Positions 24,821-35,302 of a DNA stretch of 64,000 bases are shown one piece after another. A model generated the notes under the pieces. The model was not told the DNA's origin. It saw nothing but the letters and a program-made list of their open reading frames with translations, and did not search any database. Within the stretch, counting starts at the first letter, position 1, and each line of letters opens with the position of its first letter. Source of the stretch: Bacteroidetes bacterium 46-16. Its GTDB lineage: Bacteria; Bacteroidota; Bacteroidia; Chitinophagales; Chitinophagaceae. The position numbers and the translations under genes were made by a program. Where the stretch lies: NCBI GenBank assembly GCA_001897835.1, contig MKUN01000042.1, positions 447-64,446 of the forward strand, read 5' to 3'.

Positions 24821-26108
24821 ACCTGCGCTTTATGAACCACTTATCGTTGAGCGAGATACCGAGCGACATCTTGAAGAAGTTCTCCTTCACAAGGCCATTG
24901 GCCTCGGTGCCGCGCTTGCCTATCTCGAAGGCGGTATGTATGCGATCGCTATAGCGCTTGAAGGGCAGGCTGAAGCCGAAAGTAAGGGCGTAGTAATTGA
25001 TATCGGTGCCCTTGATGTACACATGGTCTTTGCCATAGTAGGCGCCGAGGCGGTAGGTGATGCGCTGCAGGTAATTGTGTATACTGAGGGGGTTGGGGGT
25101 ATAAGCACCGCCCAGGCCCATCCTGTAGCTATTGGTGACGGAATCGACCATGCCGAAGTTGCGGAACTGGCTCCACTGCACGGCTGAGAAGTCGAGGCCG
25201 GCGCTCCACTTGTCGCCATTCATGAGCTGCGCGCCTATGCTGTAGGACATGGGCAGCTTAAGGGTGCCTTTGGTACCGGTAAGGGTGTAGGCGGTATCTT
25301 CCTGCAGGCTGCCGCCGAGGTTGAAGTAGGTGAGCCAATACTGGTCGCGAAAGGCGCGGAGGTCCTGGCTGAGGGTAAAGGTGCCGCCTATGCGGAAGCT
25401 GAGGTTGGTATCGAGCTTGTGCTCGTATTGCAGGCCTGCCTTCCAGTATATGCCGCCCACGCGGGTGAACTGCGATATATCGGTATTGACGGCATGGGTG
25501 GTATCGATATTGGAGAATACGCTGGTATTGCGTATGGTGCCGAAGCTGTAACCGAAGTTGACGCCGAGGCTAAAGCCCTTGACCTTGCCGGCAAAGCCTG
25601 CAAAGGCGTAGTTGAGGGCGCCATCGCCATAGTAGGTATTGATGGTTTGCCCTATGCCGGGTGTGCCCACGGTATCGTTGAGGTGATAATATACGTGCGA
25701 CTGCGGGCGGAGGCCGAGGGCCATGCCTGCATGCTTGCCGAGAGGGAAGCCTATAGTAAGGTAGGACAGCGTGGCCATGCCGGTGCGGCTGCTTACCTGG
25801 TTGGCGGTAACGGTGGAGAGGGAGCCCTGCATGCCACCTTCGTAGGTGGTGAGGAGCAAGCCCGCATAGGAGGCCGGGTTATCGGTATTGACCTGGTAAG
25901 GGCTGGAAAAGGCGGAGGATATATTACCCATGCCTTTGATAACGGTATTGTTACCGTTGACCAGCTCGCCAATGCCATAGCGCGAATAGGGCTCGTTCTT
26001 TCGGTTAGAGGTCGGGTTGCTTACCGAACTGGTTTGTGCGGTAGCTGCAATGCCTGTGAAAATGAATGATATAAGAGTAAAAAAGTGCTTAGCGCGAATA
26101 TGGCACAT
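24813..26108 (-). CDS. Outer-membrane beta-barrel protein of unknown function
   Basis: Signal peptide plus alternating aromatic/glycine-rich beta-strand pattern throughout. It overlaps coaX (20 nt) and lptC (8 nt), so it belongs to the same operon. Confidence 0.45.
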   Translation of the reverse strand: MCHIRAKHFFTLISFIFTGIAATAQTSSVSNPTSNRKNEPYSRYGIGELVNGNNTVIKGMGNISSAFSSPYQVNTDNPASYAGLLLTTYEGGMQGSLSTVTANQVSSRTGMATLSYLTIGFPLGKHAGMALGLRPQSHVYYHLNDTVGTPGIGQTINTYYGDGALNYAFAGFAGKVKGFSLGVNFGYSFGTIRNTSVFSNIDTTHAVNTDISQFTRVGGIYWKAGLQYEHKLDTNLSFRIGGTFTLSQDLRAFRDQYWLTYFNLGGSLQEDTAYTLTGTKGTLKLPMSYSIGAQLMNGDKWSAGLDFSAVQWSQFRNFGMVDSVTNSYRMGLGGAYTPNPLSIHNYLQRITYRLGAYYGKDHVYIKGTDINYYALTFGFSLPFKRYSDRIHTAFEIGKRGTEANGLVKENFFKMSLGISLNDKWFIKRRYD

Positions 26109-26832
26109 TATGTTTTAAAATTAGATTTAGGCCCCTCAGGGATAAGTAAGGGTCTGCAAATATCTTGCTTTTGAGCCTGCTTTCAAAATAAGCCGCATCG
26201 CCCCCGGTTAAAGTGGCGTTAAATTCGGGGTATTGACTGGCAAATTCGGCTATCATACCGTCGATCTCGGCGGCCATGCCGTAAACGGCACCGCTGCGCA
26301 TACAGGTGGCTGTATCGTAGCCCAGCAGCAGCAGATCGCCTTCTACCTTTACCTGTGGCAGCTTCTCGGTGAACTGGTGCATGGCCTGGAGGCGCATGTG
26401 CAGGCCGGGCGATATGGCCCCGCCGCGGAAGGTGCGGTTCTTCTGCACAAAATTATAGGTGATGCAGGTGCCGCAGCTAATCACGAGGTTATTGACGCCG
26501 GGGTTCATCATATGCGCGGCCACGGCGAGTGGCAGGCGGTCCATGCCCAGGGTATCGGGCGAGGTATATGCATTGATGATGGGCAGCGGCGTATTCATAT
26601 CGAGCTTGATGAAAAAGCCGAGATTGGTCTGCAGCATGCTCTCGAGCCCCGGGGGGTGCATGGCCACAGATGCGAGTATGCCATTATCGATCTTATGATC
26701 CTGTATGTAAAATGAGAGCGAAGTAATAATATCCTCTTCAGGGAATACCTTGGTCTCTATAAGTTTGTCGTCGCTAAAAACTGCTGCTTTGACGCGACTG
26801 TTGCCCCAGTCGATAACAATGTTCATTGACAT
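26089..26832 (-). CDS. coaX: Type III pantothenate kinase
   Basis: N-terminal IVIDWGNSRVKAAVF, GMDRLPLAVAA, ASKHA-fold length ~245 aa. Confidence 0.85.
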   Translation of the reverse strand: MSMNIVIDWGNSRVKAAVFSDDKLIETKVFPEEDIITSLSFYIQDHKIDNGILASVAMHPPGLESMLQTNLGFFIKLDMNTPLPIINAYTSPDTLGMDRLPLAVAAHMMNPGVNNLVISCGTCITYNFVQKNRTFRGGAISPGLHMRLQAMHQFTEKLPQVKVEGDLLLLGYDTATCMRSGAVYGMAAEIDGMIAEFASQYPEFNATLTGGDAAYFESRLKSKIFADPYLSLRGLNLILKHNVPYSR

Positions 26833-26918
26833 ATGTAGGTATTTTTGTTTGTAAGGACTGCCAATATAGTAAAATTCGGATTGAAAGTGAAATGAGGATG
26901 TACTTAAGCAACAGGCTT

Positions 26919-27563
26919 TTACAGTTCGAGACCGTCTATGGAGAGGTCGCGGAAGTGGCCGTTCATCTGTATGCGGGCCTTCACTTCCTCAAGCTCCTTT
27001 ATAAGGGGTATCATGGCATTGAGGTGGCGGCGCAGGTACTCGAGGCGCTGTATCTCGGTAAAGATGCCGAGCAGTTCATACTCCTGCTGGCGCGAGAGGC
27101 CTACGTAGTGGGCTATGCGGTAAGAGACGAGGTGCTCCCCTATCTCGGGAAATTTGTTCTCTACATTGAGCAGTGCATACATGCGCCTCACCTCGGACAT
27201 GATGAGGTTGGATATATTGCTGTCGCCGGGCTCGGCAATATTATCGGGGTAGTTGACAATGGCCCCATGGTATAATTTGTCGGGTATCTCTTTAATGACC
27301 TCGAGCACTTTGAATACACTGATGCCCCTAGTGCGCACATCCATCTCGCCATTGTCATACTCTTTCACCAGTTCAGTTATCTCTACGAGGGTGCCCAGCT
27401 CACCTATCTTTTTATCGAGCACGGCGAGTATGCCGAATGGTTTTTTGCTGTCGATACATTCGCGGATGAGCTGCTTATACTGAGGTTCGAAGATGTGGAG
27501 GTTGAGTGGCTCGCCGGGGTAAACTACAATCTCGAGGGGGAAAATGGGTACAAAATTTGTCAT
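26919..27563 (-). CDS. LON substrate-binding (Lon N-terminal) domain protein
   Basis: IFPLEIVVYPGEPLNLHIFEPQYKQLI is the typical start of the LON/PUA-like domain. Confidence 0.75.
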   Translation of the reverse strand: MTNFVPIFPLEIVVYPGEPLNLHIFEPQYKQLIRECIDSKKPFGILAVLDKKIGELGTLVEITELVKEYDNGEMDVRTRGISVFKVLEVIKEIPDKLYHGAIVNYPDNIAEPGDSNISNLIMSEVRRMYALLNVENKFPEIGEHLVSYRIAHYVGLSRQQEYELLGIFTEIQRLEYLRRHLNAMIPLIKELEEVKARIQMNGHFRDLSIDGLEL

Positions 27564-27579
27564 GATCGCCTTTGATTTT

Positions 27580-28824
27580 TTAAGCTGTGTTCGTCTTTGT
27601 TCGTTCTATATAATCATGCCCTTGCCAGAGCAGGAAGAACAAATATACGAACACGCCGAATTGTATCTCCAAAACGGGGTTGATCATGAGCTCTACAAAA
27701 AGTATTTGCCATATTATGTAAAAGAAAAAAGCGCCCCGCTGCCGCCGCAGCCAGGTAAGGGGCATGAAGACCCATATGGTGAAGATGAGGGCTGCGGGAA
27801 TGCCACAGGCAAGGGCCACTACCATAAACTGGTTGTGCGGCAACAGTACTTGCTCTTCGGTAGTATCGGGGTACCACTTTGCATAGCCGGCCCTCATGGT
27901 ATCGAGCATATCGCCGGCACCTACGCCCGTCATGGGATGGCGGCTGATGGCTTTAATAGCAAGATCATAAGATATCCAGCGGCCCATATCACTGTAGTTT
28001 GCCGACATCTCACCCTGGTTGTAGGCTATGAACATATAACTCATGTAGCCCAGGCGCATCTGGAAGGTGGGTATGTAGCTGAAGGCAAGGGCAAAGAAGG
28101 ACAGCAAGGCAGCAATGATGCCAATGCCCAGCCACCTGCTTTTTTTTACGCCCATGTATATGGCCCATGCCAGTATGAATACATACCAGAGAAAAAGACC
28201 GGTACGGGCTGCCAGCACATGCAGGTAAACACTGAGCAATACTACCACGATACCGATAAACCAGCGGGCAAGGCCCTTGCTTAAATAAGGGAATATGTAC
28301 ACGCACCAGATAATGAAGGCGGTAACGGAGAGGCTGAAAACGATATGATCGTTCTTGGCGGGTGTGGGCAGGAGGTGCGAGTACGCATATTGGTCGACAA
28401 AATGACTGACATTGCCGATGAGCGGGTAAACACTATAGGCGGCCCCGCCCAGAAAGAGGAGTGCAACGCCTATGGTAAATGCCTGTAATTGCCTGCTGCT
28501 GAGCTTTGGCATACAGGCAAAGGCAAATGGGAATATAAGTATGGGCAGCTTGACCTGGAAGCGCTCAGCCCACATAGGGATATCGTGGCTCCAGAAATAA
28601 GAGAGGCCATACATAGCCACCCATGCAAAACCCAGCCACCACCAGCGCTGCCTGAACCAATACCGGGGATGCACATCGCGTATGGCATTGAGCACAAAAG
28701 CCACCATGGCCATAGATAATAATGCCCTGGAAAAGAGCAGGCCTACTATCATGGCAAATGCCAGAAAAACAGCAATATTGGATTTGGGTAAAACTTTATG
28801 AATCAGATCGCTATTTTTGTTCAC
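27580..28824 (-). CDS. O-antigen ligase (Wzy_C) family membrane protein
   Basis: Polytopic protein with the periplasmic loop ...HPMTGVGAGD... followed by PHNQFMVVALACGIPAALIF. The GTG start overlaps the divergent meaB ORF by 27 nt, so one of the two starts is probably downstream. Confidence 0.6.
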   Translation of the reverse strand: MNKNSDLIHKVLPKSNIAVFLAFAMIVGLLFSRALLSMAMVAFVLNAIRDVHPRYWFRQRWWWLGFAWVAMYGLSYFWSHDIPMWAERFQVKLPILIFPFAFACMPKLSSRQLQAFTIGVALLFLGGAAYSVYPLIGNVSHFVDQYAYSHLLPTPAKNDHIVFSLSVTAFIIWCVYIFPYLSKGLARWFIGIVVVLLSVYLHVLAARTGLFLWYVFILAWAIYMGVKKSRWLGIGIIAALLSFFALAFSYIPTFQMRLGYMSYMFIAYNQGEMSANYSDMGRWISYDLAIKAISRHPMTGVGAGDMLDTMRAGYAKWYPDTTEEQVLLPHNQFMVVALACGIPAALIFTIWVFMPLTWLRRQRGAFFFYIIWQILFVELMINPVLEIQFGVFVYLFFLLWQGHDYIERTKTNTA

Positions 28825-29793
28825 GAAGCCGGGGTATTACAATTCTATAACGAACATAAACATTTTTTAGTGCGGGACAATATAAATCAACTGCTGGAGG
28901 GGATAAAAAGGGGCGATCACCGTTCGCTGGCCAAAGCCATCAGCCTTGTTGAGAATAATATGCCCGGGCATGAAGAATTGCTGACGCAGCTCGAAAACAC
29001 GCAAAAAGCCTGCGTAACGGGTATTACCGGCCCCCCGGGCGCCGGTAAAAGCACGCTGGTGAATGCCCTCTTGCAGCAATGGGTAAAGGAGGGTAAAAGA
29101 ATAGCCGTTATCGCTGTGGACCCCTCATCGCCCTTCAACTACGGGGCTATACTTGGCGACAGGATACGCATGAGCGATTTTTATAACAATCCTAATGTGT
29201 TCATCCGTTCGCTGGCTACAAGAGGGGCCCTTGGGGGATTGAACCCCAAGATCATAGAGATCTGTGATGTTGTAAAGAATGCCCCCTTCGACCATATACT
29301 GGTGGAGACCGTAGGCGTAGGCCAGAGCGAGGTGGAAATTGCCGGGCTGGCAGACTGTACCGTAGTAGCGCTCGTGCCAGAAGCCGGCGATACCATACAG
29401 ACCATGAAGGCGGGCATTATGGAGATAGCCAATGTGTTCGTAGTGAACAAAGCCGACCGCGAAGCCGCAGAGGCTATGTACCGCAACCTAAAGATACTGG
29501 TGCATGAACGCGCCCATGACAGTAAAGAGGTACCTGTGATAAAGACCATAGCCACGGAGCAGAAGGGAATTGATGCATTATCGGCCGCTATCAATGAATG
29601 CCTTACCGCGCAAAATACACAAGCCGAAAAACGCCTGCACCTGGTTACCGAAAAGAGCTGGCAACTGATGCAGGCCCATAAAATGAAGCACATCGATAAA
29701 AATGCGCTGAAAGCTCAATTATCGGAGGCGATGGATAAGCCCGGCTTTAATTTGTATGCCTTCACGAGGCTTTTCGAGGAAGCACATAAATAA
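28798..29793 (+). CDS. meaB: Methylmalonyl-CoA mutase-associated G3E GTPase MeaB/ArgK
   Basis: GITGPPGAGKSTLVNAL P-loop, VETVGVGQSE, VVNKAD. A GTG near 28870 is an alternative start. Confidence 0.85.
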   Translation: MNQIAIFVHEAGVLQFYNEHKHFLVRDNINQLLEGIKRGDHRSLAKAISLVENNMPGHEELLTQLENTQKACVTGITGPPGAGKSTLVNALLQQWVKEGKRIAVIAVDPSSPFNYGAILGDRIRMSDFYNNPNVFIRSLATRGALGGLNPKIIEICDVVKNAPFDHILVETVGVGQSEVEIAGLADCTVVALVPEAGDTIQTMKAGIMEIANVFVVNKADREAAEAMYRNLKILVHERAHDSKEVPVIKTIATEQKGIDALSAAINECLTAQNTQAEKRLHLVTEKSWQLMQAHKMKHIDKNALKAQLSEAMDKPGFNLYAFTRLFEEAHK

Positions 29794-29815
29794 TTACCAC
29801 TAAGGTTAATATTAC

Positions 29816-31414
29816 ATGAATGTTTCGCGCCTTTATAATACGATCAAACATCTACGCTTTGAGCAGCTGTATTACCGGGCCTATTATAAAATAAAGCACC
29901 GGTTCTACAGCTACCCAGCTGTGGCTAAGAAAGGAATAGAGGCTGCTAATGCTTTCCCGGTAATAAAGTTCCCTAACGGCAATACGGGTGGCAAATATGA
30001 GCCGGGTGCCGCGTGCTTTACTTTCTTGAATGCGCCACATGCATTCGGCAGCAGCATAGACTGGAATTACAGCGGCGAAGGGAAACTATGGACCTACAAC
30101 CTGAACTATTTTGAGTGGCTGGATGACGAAAGCCTTGCCTTAGATGAACGCTTTGCAACAATAAGTGACTATTGCAATAAAGATGGGGAGTTGAAGGATG
30201 GCACAGAGCCCTACCCCACTTCTATACGCGGCATTAACTGGATAAAATTCCTTAGTGCAAATGCCATAAAAGACGAGCAGGTAAACAATTGCTTATACCG
30301 CCACTATCATAAACTGGCTGCTTTTCCTGAATACCAGTTGCTGGCCAACCACCTGCTGGAGAATGGGTTCTCACTCTTTTTTGCTGCACATTATTTTTAT
30401 GATGAGCACTTTCATAAACTAAGCATTAAGCTCTTGCACAATGGGCTTGAAGAACAGGTATTGCCTGATGGCGGACATTATGAACTGAGCCCCATGTATC
30501 ACTGCATAATACTGCAGCGGCTTCTTGACTGTATTTTATTGGCTGAACAATGTGCACGGTTCAGCAACGATAAGCCATTACTGCAACTCATGCGCAGTAA
30601 AGCTGCGCTGATGTGTGGCTGGTTAAAAGCATTCATGTACCGGGATGGCAGTTATGCCCTGTTTGGCGATGCGGCACCGGGCATTTCGCTAAGCCCGCAA
30701 CAACTGCTTAACTATGCGGAGGAACTGAACGTACCAGTGCCCACAATAAAACTGAATGAAAGCGGCTACCGTAAAATATGCAGCGAGCGTTATGAACTGA
30801 TCGTAGATGCAGGCAATATCAGGCCATCGTACCAGGCCGGGCATGCCCATGCCGACAGTTTAAGTTTTTGCCTGCATGTGGACAATAAACCTGTGATCGT
30901 TGATACCGGGATATCGACCTACGAAAGAAATGAACGGAGGATGCACGAACGCGGCACCAGCGCACACAATACCATAGTGGTGAATGACATGAACTCCTCG
31001 GACGTATGGGCCGCGTTCCGTACCGGTGCCAGGGCAGCCGTCACTATAGTTAAAGAAGGCGACAACAGCATTTGCGCATCGCATAACGGGTATCACAGCC
31101 AGGGGATCATCCACAAGCGTTGCATAAAAGGGGATAACTTAAAAATAATAATAGAAGATAGCCTGGAGCATTATAAAGAGCAGGAGGCCAAATTATATTT
31201 ACATTTTCACCCTGATATAAAAGCAGTACATAGCGGACCCGATCAATTTACAGCCGGTAATATACGTATCACGGTAAGCGGAGCCTATAGCATGGCTTTG
31301 CATAATTACCTATATTGCGAAGGTTACAACCGGCTTGCCGGGGCACAGTGCCTGCAAGCCCATGTAAAAGAACATGCAATGGTGGTAATAGAACTAATAA
31401 GCTATGCTGGTTGA
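29816..31414 (+). CDS. Heparinase II/III-like family protein
   Basis: QAGHAHADSLSF and the surrounding region are typical of the Hepar_II_III family. It overlaps the wecB start by 11 nt. Confidence 0.6.
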   Translation: MNVSRLYNTIKHLRFEQLYYRAYYKIKHRFYSYPAVAKKGIEAANAFPVIKFPNGNTGGKYEPGAACFTFLNAPHAFGSSIDWNYSGEGKLWTYNLNYFEWLDDESLALDERFATISDYCNKDGELKDGTEPYPTSIRGINWIKFLSANAIKDEQVNNCLYRHYHKLAAFPEYQLLANHLLENGFSLFFAAHYFYDEHFHKLSIKLLHNGLEEQVLPDGGHYELSPMYHCIILQRLLDCILLAEQCARFSNDKPLLQLMRSKAALMCGWLKAFMYRDGSYALFGDAAPGISLSPQQLLNYAEELNVPVPTIKLNESGYRKICSERYELIVDAGNIRPSYQAGHAHADSLSFCLHVDNKPVIVDTGISTYERNERRMHERGTSAHNTIVVNDMNSSDVWAAFRTGARAAVTIVKEGDNSICASHNGYHSQGIIHKRCIKGDNLKIIIEDSLEHYKEQEAKLYLHFHPDIKAVHSGPDQFTAGNIRITVSGAYSMALHNYLYCEGYNRLAGAQCLQAHVKEHAMVVIELISYAG

Positions 31415-32495
31415 TATAATTGCAGGTGCCAGGCCAAATTTTATGAAGATAGCCCCTGTTATAGAGGCTATACAAAAGGAACAAAGGAGAGGAACCAACA
31501 TACGCTACCGCCTTGTTCATACCGGTCAGCATTATGACAGGAATATGAGCGATTCCTTTTTTGAACAGTTAGGCATACCTAAACCATCGATAAATCTCGA
31601 GGCAGGCAGTGGCTCACAAGCTGAGCAAACTGCTGCTATAATGACCCGTTATGAAAAGGTGCTGCTGGCCGCCAGGCCCGACCTTATCATAGTGGTAGGT
31701 GATGTAACATCGACCATGGCATGTGCCATCACTGCAAAGAAGATGGGCAATGTAAAAGTGGCCCATATAGAAGCTGGTATCCGGAGCAATGATATGAGCA
31801 TGCCCGAAGAGATCAACCGGATCGTTACAGATTCCATTACTGATTACTTCTTCACCACCACCCATACCGCCAATGAGAACCTGCGGGCAACAGGCGTGCC
31901 TGATGAGCGTATATTCTTTGTGGGCAATACCATGATAGATACCCTGCTGAAACAGGCCCCGCTATTTCACCAGCCAGCCTTCTGGAACAAGCTAAAATTG
32001 CAAGCCCAGCAATACCTGGTGCTTACCCTGCACCGCCCCAATAACGTAGATAATGTGGCTGATCTTAAAGCCATACTGGTGGCCATCATTAAAGCCTCGA
32101 GGGGCCTGCCGATCATCTTCCCCATGCATCCGCGTACTGCAAAAACATTTGAAGCGCTGGGTATCCGCTCCCCTAACCTGCATGTCTGCGAGCCGCTCAG
32201 TTACCTGCAATTCAACTACTTAGTGCAACATTCGAAGGCTGTAATTACAGACTCCGGCGGGATACAGGAAGAGACCACTGTGCTGCATGTGCCCTGTATC
32301 ACTCTGCGCAACAATACAGAAAGGCCTGAGACCTGCAGCATGGGCACTAATGAACTGATAGGCACCGACCCCGAAGCTATTCTGCCTGTAATGGAGAAGC
32401 TTTTTGCAGGCGCATGGAAAAAAGGGAATATACCCTATATGTGGGACGGCAAGGCCGCGGATCGTATAGTGAGTGTGCTGAAAAACATGGTATAA
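31404..32495 (+). CDS. wecB: UDP-N-acetylglucosamine 2-epimerase (non-hydrolysing)
   Basis: GARPNFMKIAPV, HTGQHYD, EAGIRS, TDSGGIQEE motifs. Confidence 0.9.
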   Translation: MLVDIIAGARPNFMKIAPVIEAIQKEQRRGTNIRYRLVHTGQHYDRNMSDSFFEQLGIPKPSINLEAGSGSQAEQTAAIMTRYEKVLLAARPDLIIVVGDVTSTMACAITAKKMGNVKVAHIEAGIRSNDMSMPEEINRIVTDSITDYFFTTTHTANENLRATGVPDERIFFVGNTMIDTLLKQAPLFHQPAFWNKLKLQAQQYLVLTLHRPNNVDNVADLKAILVAIIKASRGLPIIFPMHPRTAKTFEALGIRSPNLHVCEPLSYLQFNYLVQHSKAVITDSGGIQEETTVLHVPCITLRNNTERPETCSMGTNELIGTDPEAILPVMEKLFAGAWKKGNIPYMWDGKAADRIVSVLKNMV

Positions 32496-32716
32496 TTATT
32501 GTGCATCATTATAATGTGTTGCAGGTGCTGTTATTTTGACAGGAAAATACATATATTATTTCCCTATTTTTTATTTAGTTGTTATTACAAAAAACTGTAG
32601 GAACAATAATGTATTTTTGCCTAAAGTATAGCCGGGATCAGAGATAATTATTAGAAGCCCTGAAAATTAAATTGTTTACCCCAGCATGAAATGTGCGTAA
32701 CCCCGGATATCATTTT

Positions 32717-33955
32717 ATGATCGAATTGCCACCTTATATTATTTATTTGGCCACTTTTGCTACTGCCCTGGTCATCAGCATGGTGTCTATCCCCCGTATC
32801 ATATATGTCTCTAAAAGAAAGCGGCTATTTGATATGCCTGACAATAACAGGAAGGTACACATCAATATAATACCTAATCTTGGCGGCATCGGTATCTTCT
32901 TTGCCTATATCATCGTTACCTCGCTATTCATCAAAACCTCATCGCTGGATAAATGGAATTACATCAGCGCATCATCAGTGCTATTGTTCCTTACCGGCCT
33001 GAATGACGACCTGATCACCATTACTCCCAAGCAAAAATTCGTAGCCCAGTTCGTGGCGGCGATCATTACGGTTTATTTTGCCGACGTACGCATCAATTCG
33101 CTGCACGGCTTCTTTGGTATATATCAATTACCGCTATGGGCCAGCCTGAGCTTTACCGTATTAGGTGTTATGTTCGTGACCAATGCCTTTAACCTGATAG
33201 ACGGGATAGACGGACTTGCTGCGACCATAGGCTTGTTATGCTCCTTAACTCTTGGCATTTGCCTTGCATTGCTGGATAATTTCGGTGGGGCCTGCATCGC
33301 TTTTAGTCTTGCCGGGGCTATAATAGGTTTTCTGCGCTATAATATCTCACCAGCCAGGATATTTATGGGCGATACAGGGTCATTACTGATCGGCTTCACG
33401 ATATCGATACTCTGTATCCTTTTCATCCACTCCTTTGCTCCCGGCAAACCACTAATGGAAGTGGTGCATAATCCTCGCGGGGGAATGGTAATAGCCTTAT
33501 CGGTGCTGTTCGTACCTGTGTTCGACTCTTTCCGTGTATTTATCACCCGCATCCTGAAAGGCGGTTCGCCATTTCGTGCCGACAAGACCCACCTGCACCA
33601 TTACCTGATGGATATTGGCTTCGGGCATTCGCGCATCGTAACGATATTGCTTACCTCAAATATCCTCATCATTATCGTATCGCTGCTGGTGCAGGATTAT
33701 GATCCGAATATAGCACTGCTCAGCATCTTCTGCCTCACCTTTGGGCTATATGCCATACTGTACTTCATGAGAAAAAAGCGCCTGAGCCGTGAACTGGGGT
33801 TAAAACAATCGCCCGCAGATACGTCAATGAACAGCGTAAAAAACGGCGCCCCCCAACTAACCACCGGCGCTAATATGTATAAAGTAGCGGACACAATGGG
33901 CATCAATGGCAATATAGACACCATTACAAAAACCACCGCAGCGCATAAAGATTAA
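32717..33955 (+). CDS. Glycosyltransferase family 4 polyprenyl-phosphate sugar-1-phosphate transferase (WecA/MraY-like)
   Basis: NAFNLIDGIDGLA and FMGDTGSLLIGF motifs, ~10 TM segments. ATG at 32717; the track start at 32693 is GTG. Confidence 0.85.
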   Translation: MIELPPYIIYLATFATALVISMVSIPRIIYVSKRKRLFDMPDNNRKVHINIIPNLGGIGIFFAYIIVTSLFIKTSSLDKWNYISASSVLLFLTGLNDDLITITPKQKFVAQFVAAIITVYFADVRINSLHGFFGIYQLPLWASLSFTVLGVMFVTNAFNLIDGIDGLAATIGLLCSLTLGICLALLDNFGGACIAFSLAGAIIGFLRYNISPARIFMGDTGSLLIGFTISILCILFIHSFAPGKPLMEVVHNPRGGMVIALSVLFVPVFDSFRVFITRILKGGSPFRADKTHLHHYLMDIGFGHSRIVTILLTSNILIIIVSLLVQDYDPNIALLSIFCLTFGLYAILYFMRKKRLSRELGLKQSPADTSMNSVKNGAPQLTTGANMYKVADTMGINGNIDTITKTTAAHKD

Positions 33956-33970
33956 GGAACCCGGGCTGTG

Positions 33971-35302
33971 CTATTCAACCATATAAGATGCATCCTGGTA
34001 GCGATACCAATACACATGCTCATTCTCATTGTATAATATCTCCCCGTTCGTATCCCACTGGTGTTTTATATCGTAACGGGTAAAGGGCACTATGCCATTA
34101 TCGGAAATATCCGGGTTGAAAATGGTACCGTACTTTCTTAAAAGATAGGCATACCAGAAAAGTGTTTCATAACCACGACAAACGGTTTCTCCGGGTTTGG
34201 AACCATATGCCTTATAGCATACATCTGATAAATAGCGCCCTTGCTGTGTAGTGAGGTCGAAATAAGCCGGGGCCGTAAGGTGGATCACCGAATTAGGGAA
34301 AGCATCGGGTTTACGCAGCTCACCCATACTACGCCATGACGGCATACCATAAACCTCGAACTTATAACCGGGGAAATCATCGTGCAACTGCGCAAGCAAT
34401 TGCTCCGCATAAGCAACATCCATCACAGCCATCACTACAACATTCACATTATCGGGGGAGAAGACCTGTGCAAGCGTTTCTTTAACGGGTATCTTGTTAC
34501 AAAGTACTTTCACTACCCTGTTACTGCGCCCCTCATCAATATCCATGAGGAAGTTAAACGCGCTTTCATCGAGCGGTACATAGCTGCGCCTGTAAACGGC
34601 GATGGTGGTATTTTTATACTGTTTTTGCAGGCGTTTCATAATGGCAGCACAATGCGTTTGCAGTGTGGGCTGCATGATGGTAAAATAAGGATTGCCGGTA
34701 ACCCCTGCATCGGAAGGCGAGGCTGCAGATATGAAATTGACCTGGTGTTTTTTAGCGTACTGCGCCACTTCGGGTATCTGCGGCGACTGTATGGCCCCGA
34801 TGATAAGATCGGACTTGTCCAATACCCTGCTCCTGATCAAAGCCTCAGGCGCCTCCTGGGTACTTGCTGCATCATGTATATACACATCGACCTGGAAACC
34901 CAGTTTATTAAGTGTGTCGGCTGCCAACTGTATACCCTGGCAAAACTCTGTACCTGTGGATGCCTTTTCCGGAATGCGGCCTTTATAAGCCGGTTTATTA
35001 TCTTTTACCAGTTCATCGAGATATAATGGTGCCAATACATCGATCCTGTACCTCGTCTTTTTTTCGGAATAAGGATATTCAAAATCCTGCCTGCGGCGAT
35101 ACCTTGGCGGCTCATCGCGACGCGGGGGTCCTTCATCAAGGCGTTTTTTATCATGACCTGCCGGTTTGGGGACGGGCTCATCTCTCCTGAACCAATGTTT
35201 CCAAAACTGCGCTTCGGCTTTATCGGCATGACAAAGCGATAAAACAATAAAAACAGTTATGAGTGATATCCTCGTTCTCATGATGCACAGTATTATTCCC
35301 AC
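33971..35302 (-). CDS. Periplasmic-binding-protein type 1 (LivJ-like) domain protein with basic N-terminal linker
   Basis: Signal peptide, an RRDEP-rich linker, then an alternating alpha/beta PBP1-like body. The assignment is tentative. Confidence 0.4.
   Translation of the reverse strand: MGIILCIMRTRISLITVFIVLSLCHADKAEAQFWKHWFRRDEPVPKPAGHDKKRLDEGPPRRDEPPRYRRRQDFEYPYSEKKTRYRIDVLAPLYLDELVKDNKPAYKGRIPEKASTGTEFCQGIQLAADTLNKLGFQVDVYIHDAASTQEAPEALIRSRVLDKSDLIIGAIQSPQIPEVAQYAKKHQVNFISAASPSDAGVTGNPYFTIMQPTLQTHCAAIMKRLQKQYKNTTIAVYRRSYVPLDESAFNFLMDIDEGRSNRVVKVLCNKIPVKETLAQVFSPDNVNVVVMAVMDVAYAEQLLAQLHDDFPGYKFEVYGMPSWRSMGELRKPDAFPNSVIHLTAPAYFDLTTQQGRYLSDVCYKAYGSKPGETVCRGYETLFWYAYLLRKYGTIFNPDISDNGIVPFTRYDIKHQWDTNGEILYNENEHVYWYRYQDASYMVE

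Noticed and set aside
24044-26715. Plus-strand ORFs 24044..24835, 24693..25187, 25419..26069 and 26233..26715, antisense to lptC, the OMP gene and coaX
   Set aside because: Same reasoning: antisense shadow ORFs with Ala/Gly/His-rich junk translations.
28798-28824. 27-nt overlap of the divergent meaB and O-antigen-ligase-like ORF starts as a regulatory feature
   Set aside because: It is most likely an artefact of taking the longest ORFs. The ligase start is GTG, and meaB has an alternative GTG near 28870 that gives the usual N-terminus.
35080-35200. RRDEP-type short repeats in the N-terminal linker of the PBP1-like protein, and Q/N/K-rich tracts in the DUF3945 protein (about 5830-6300)
   Set aside because: These are low-complexity linker sequences within otherwise ordinary proteins, with no evidence of a DNA-level repeat function.
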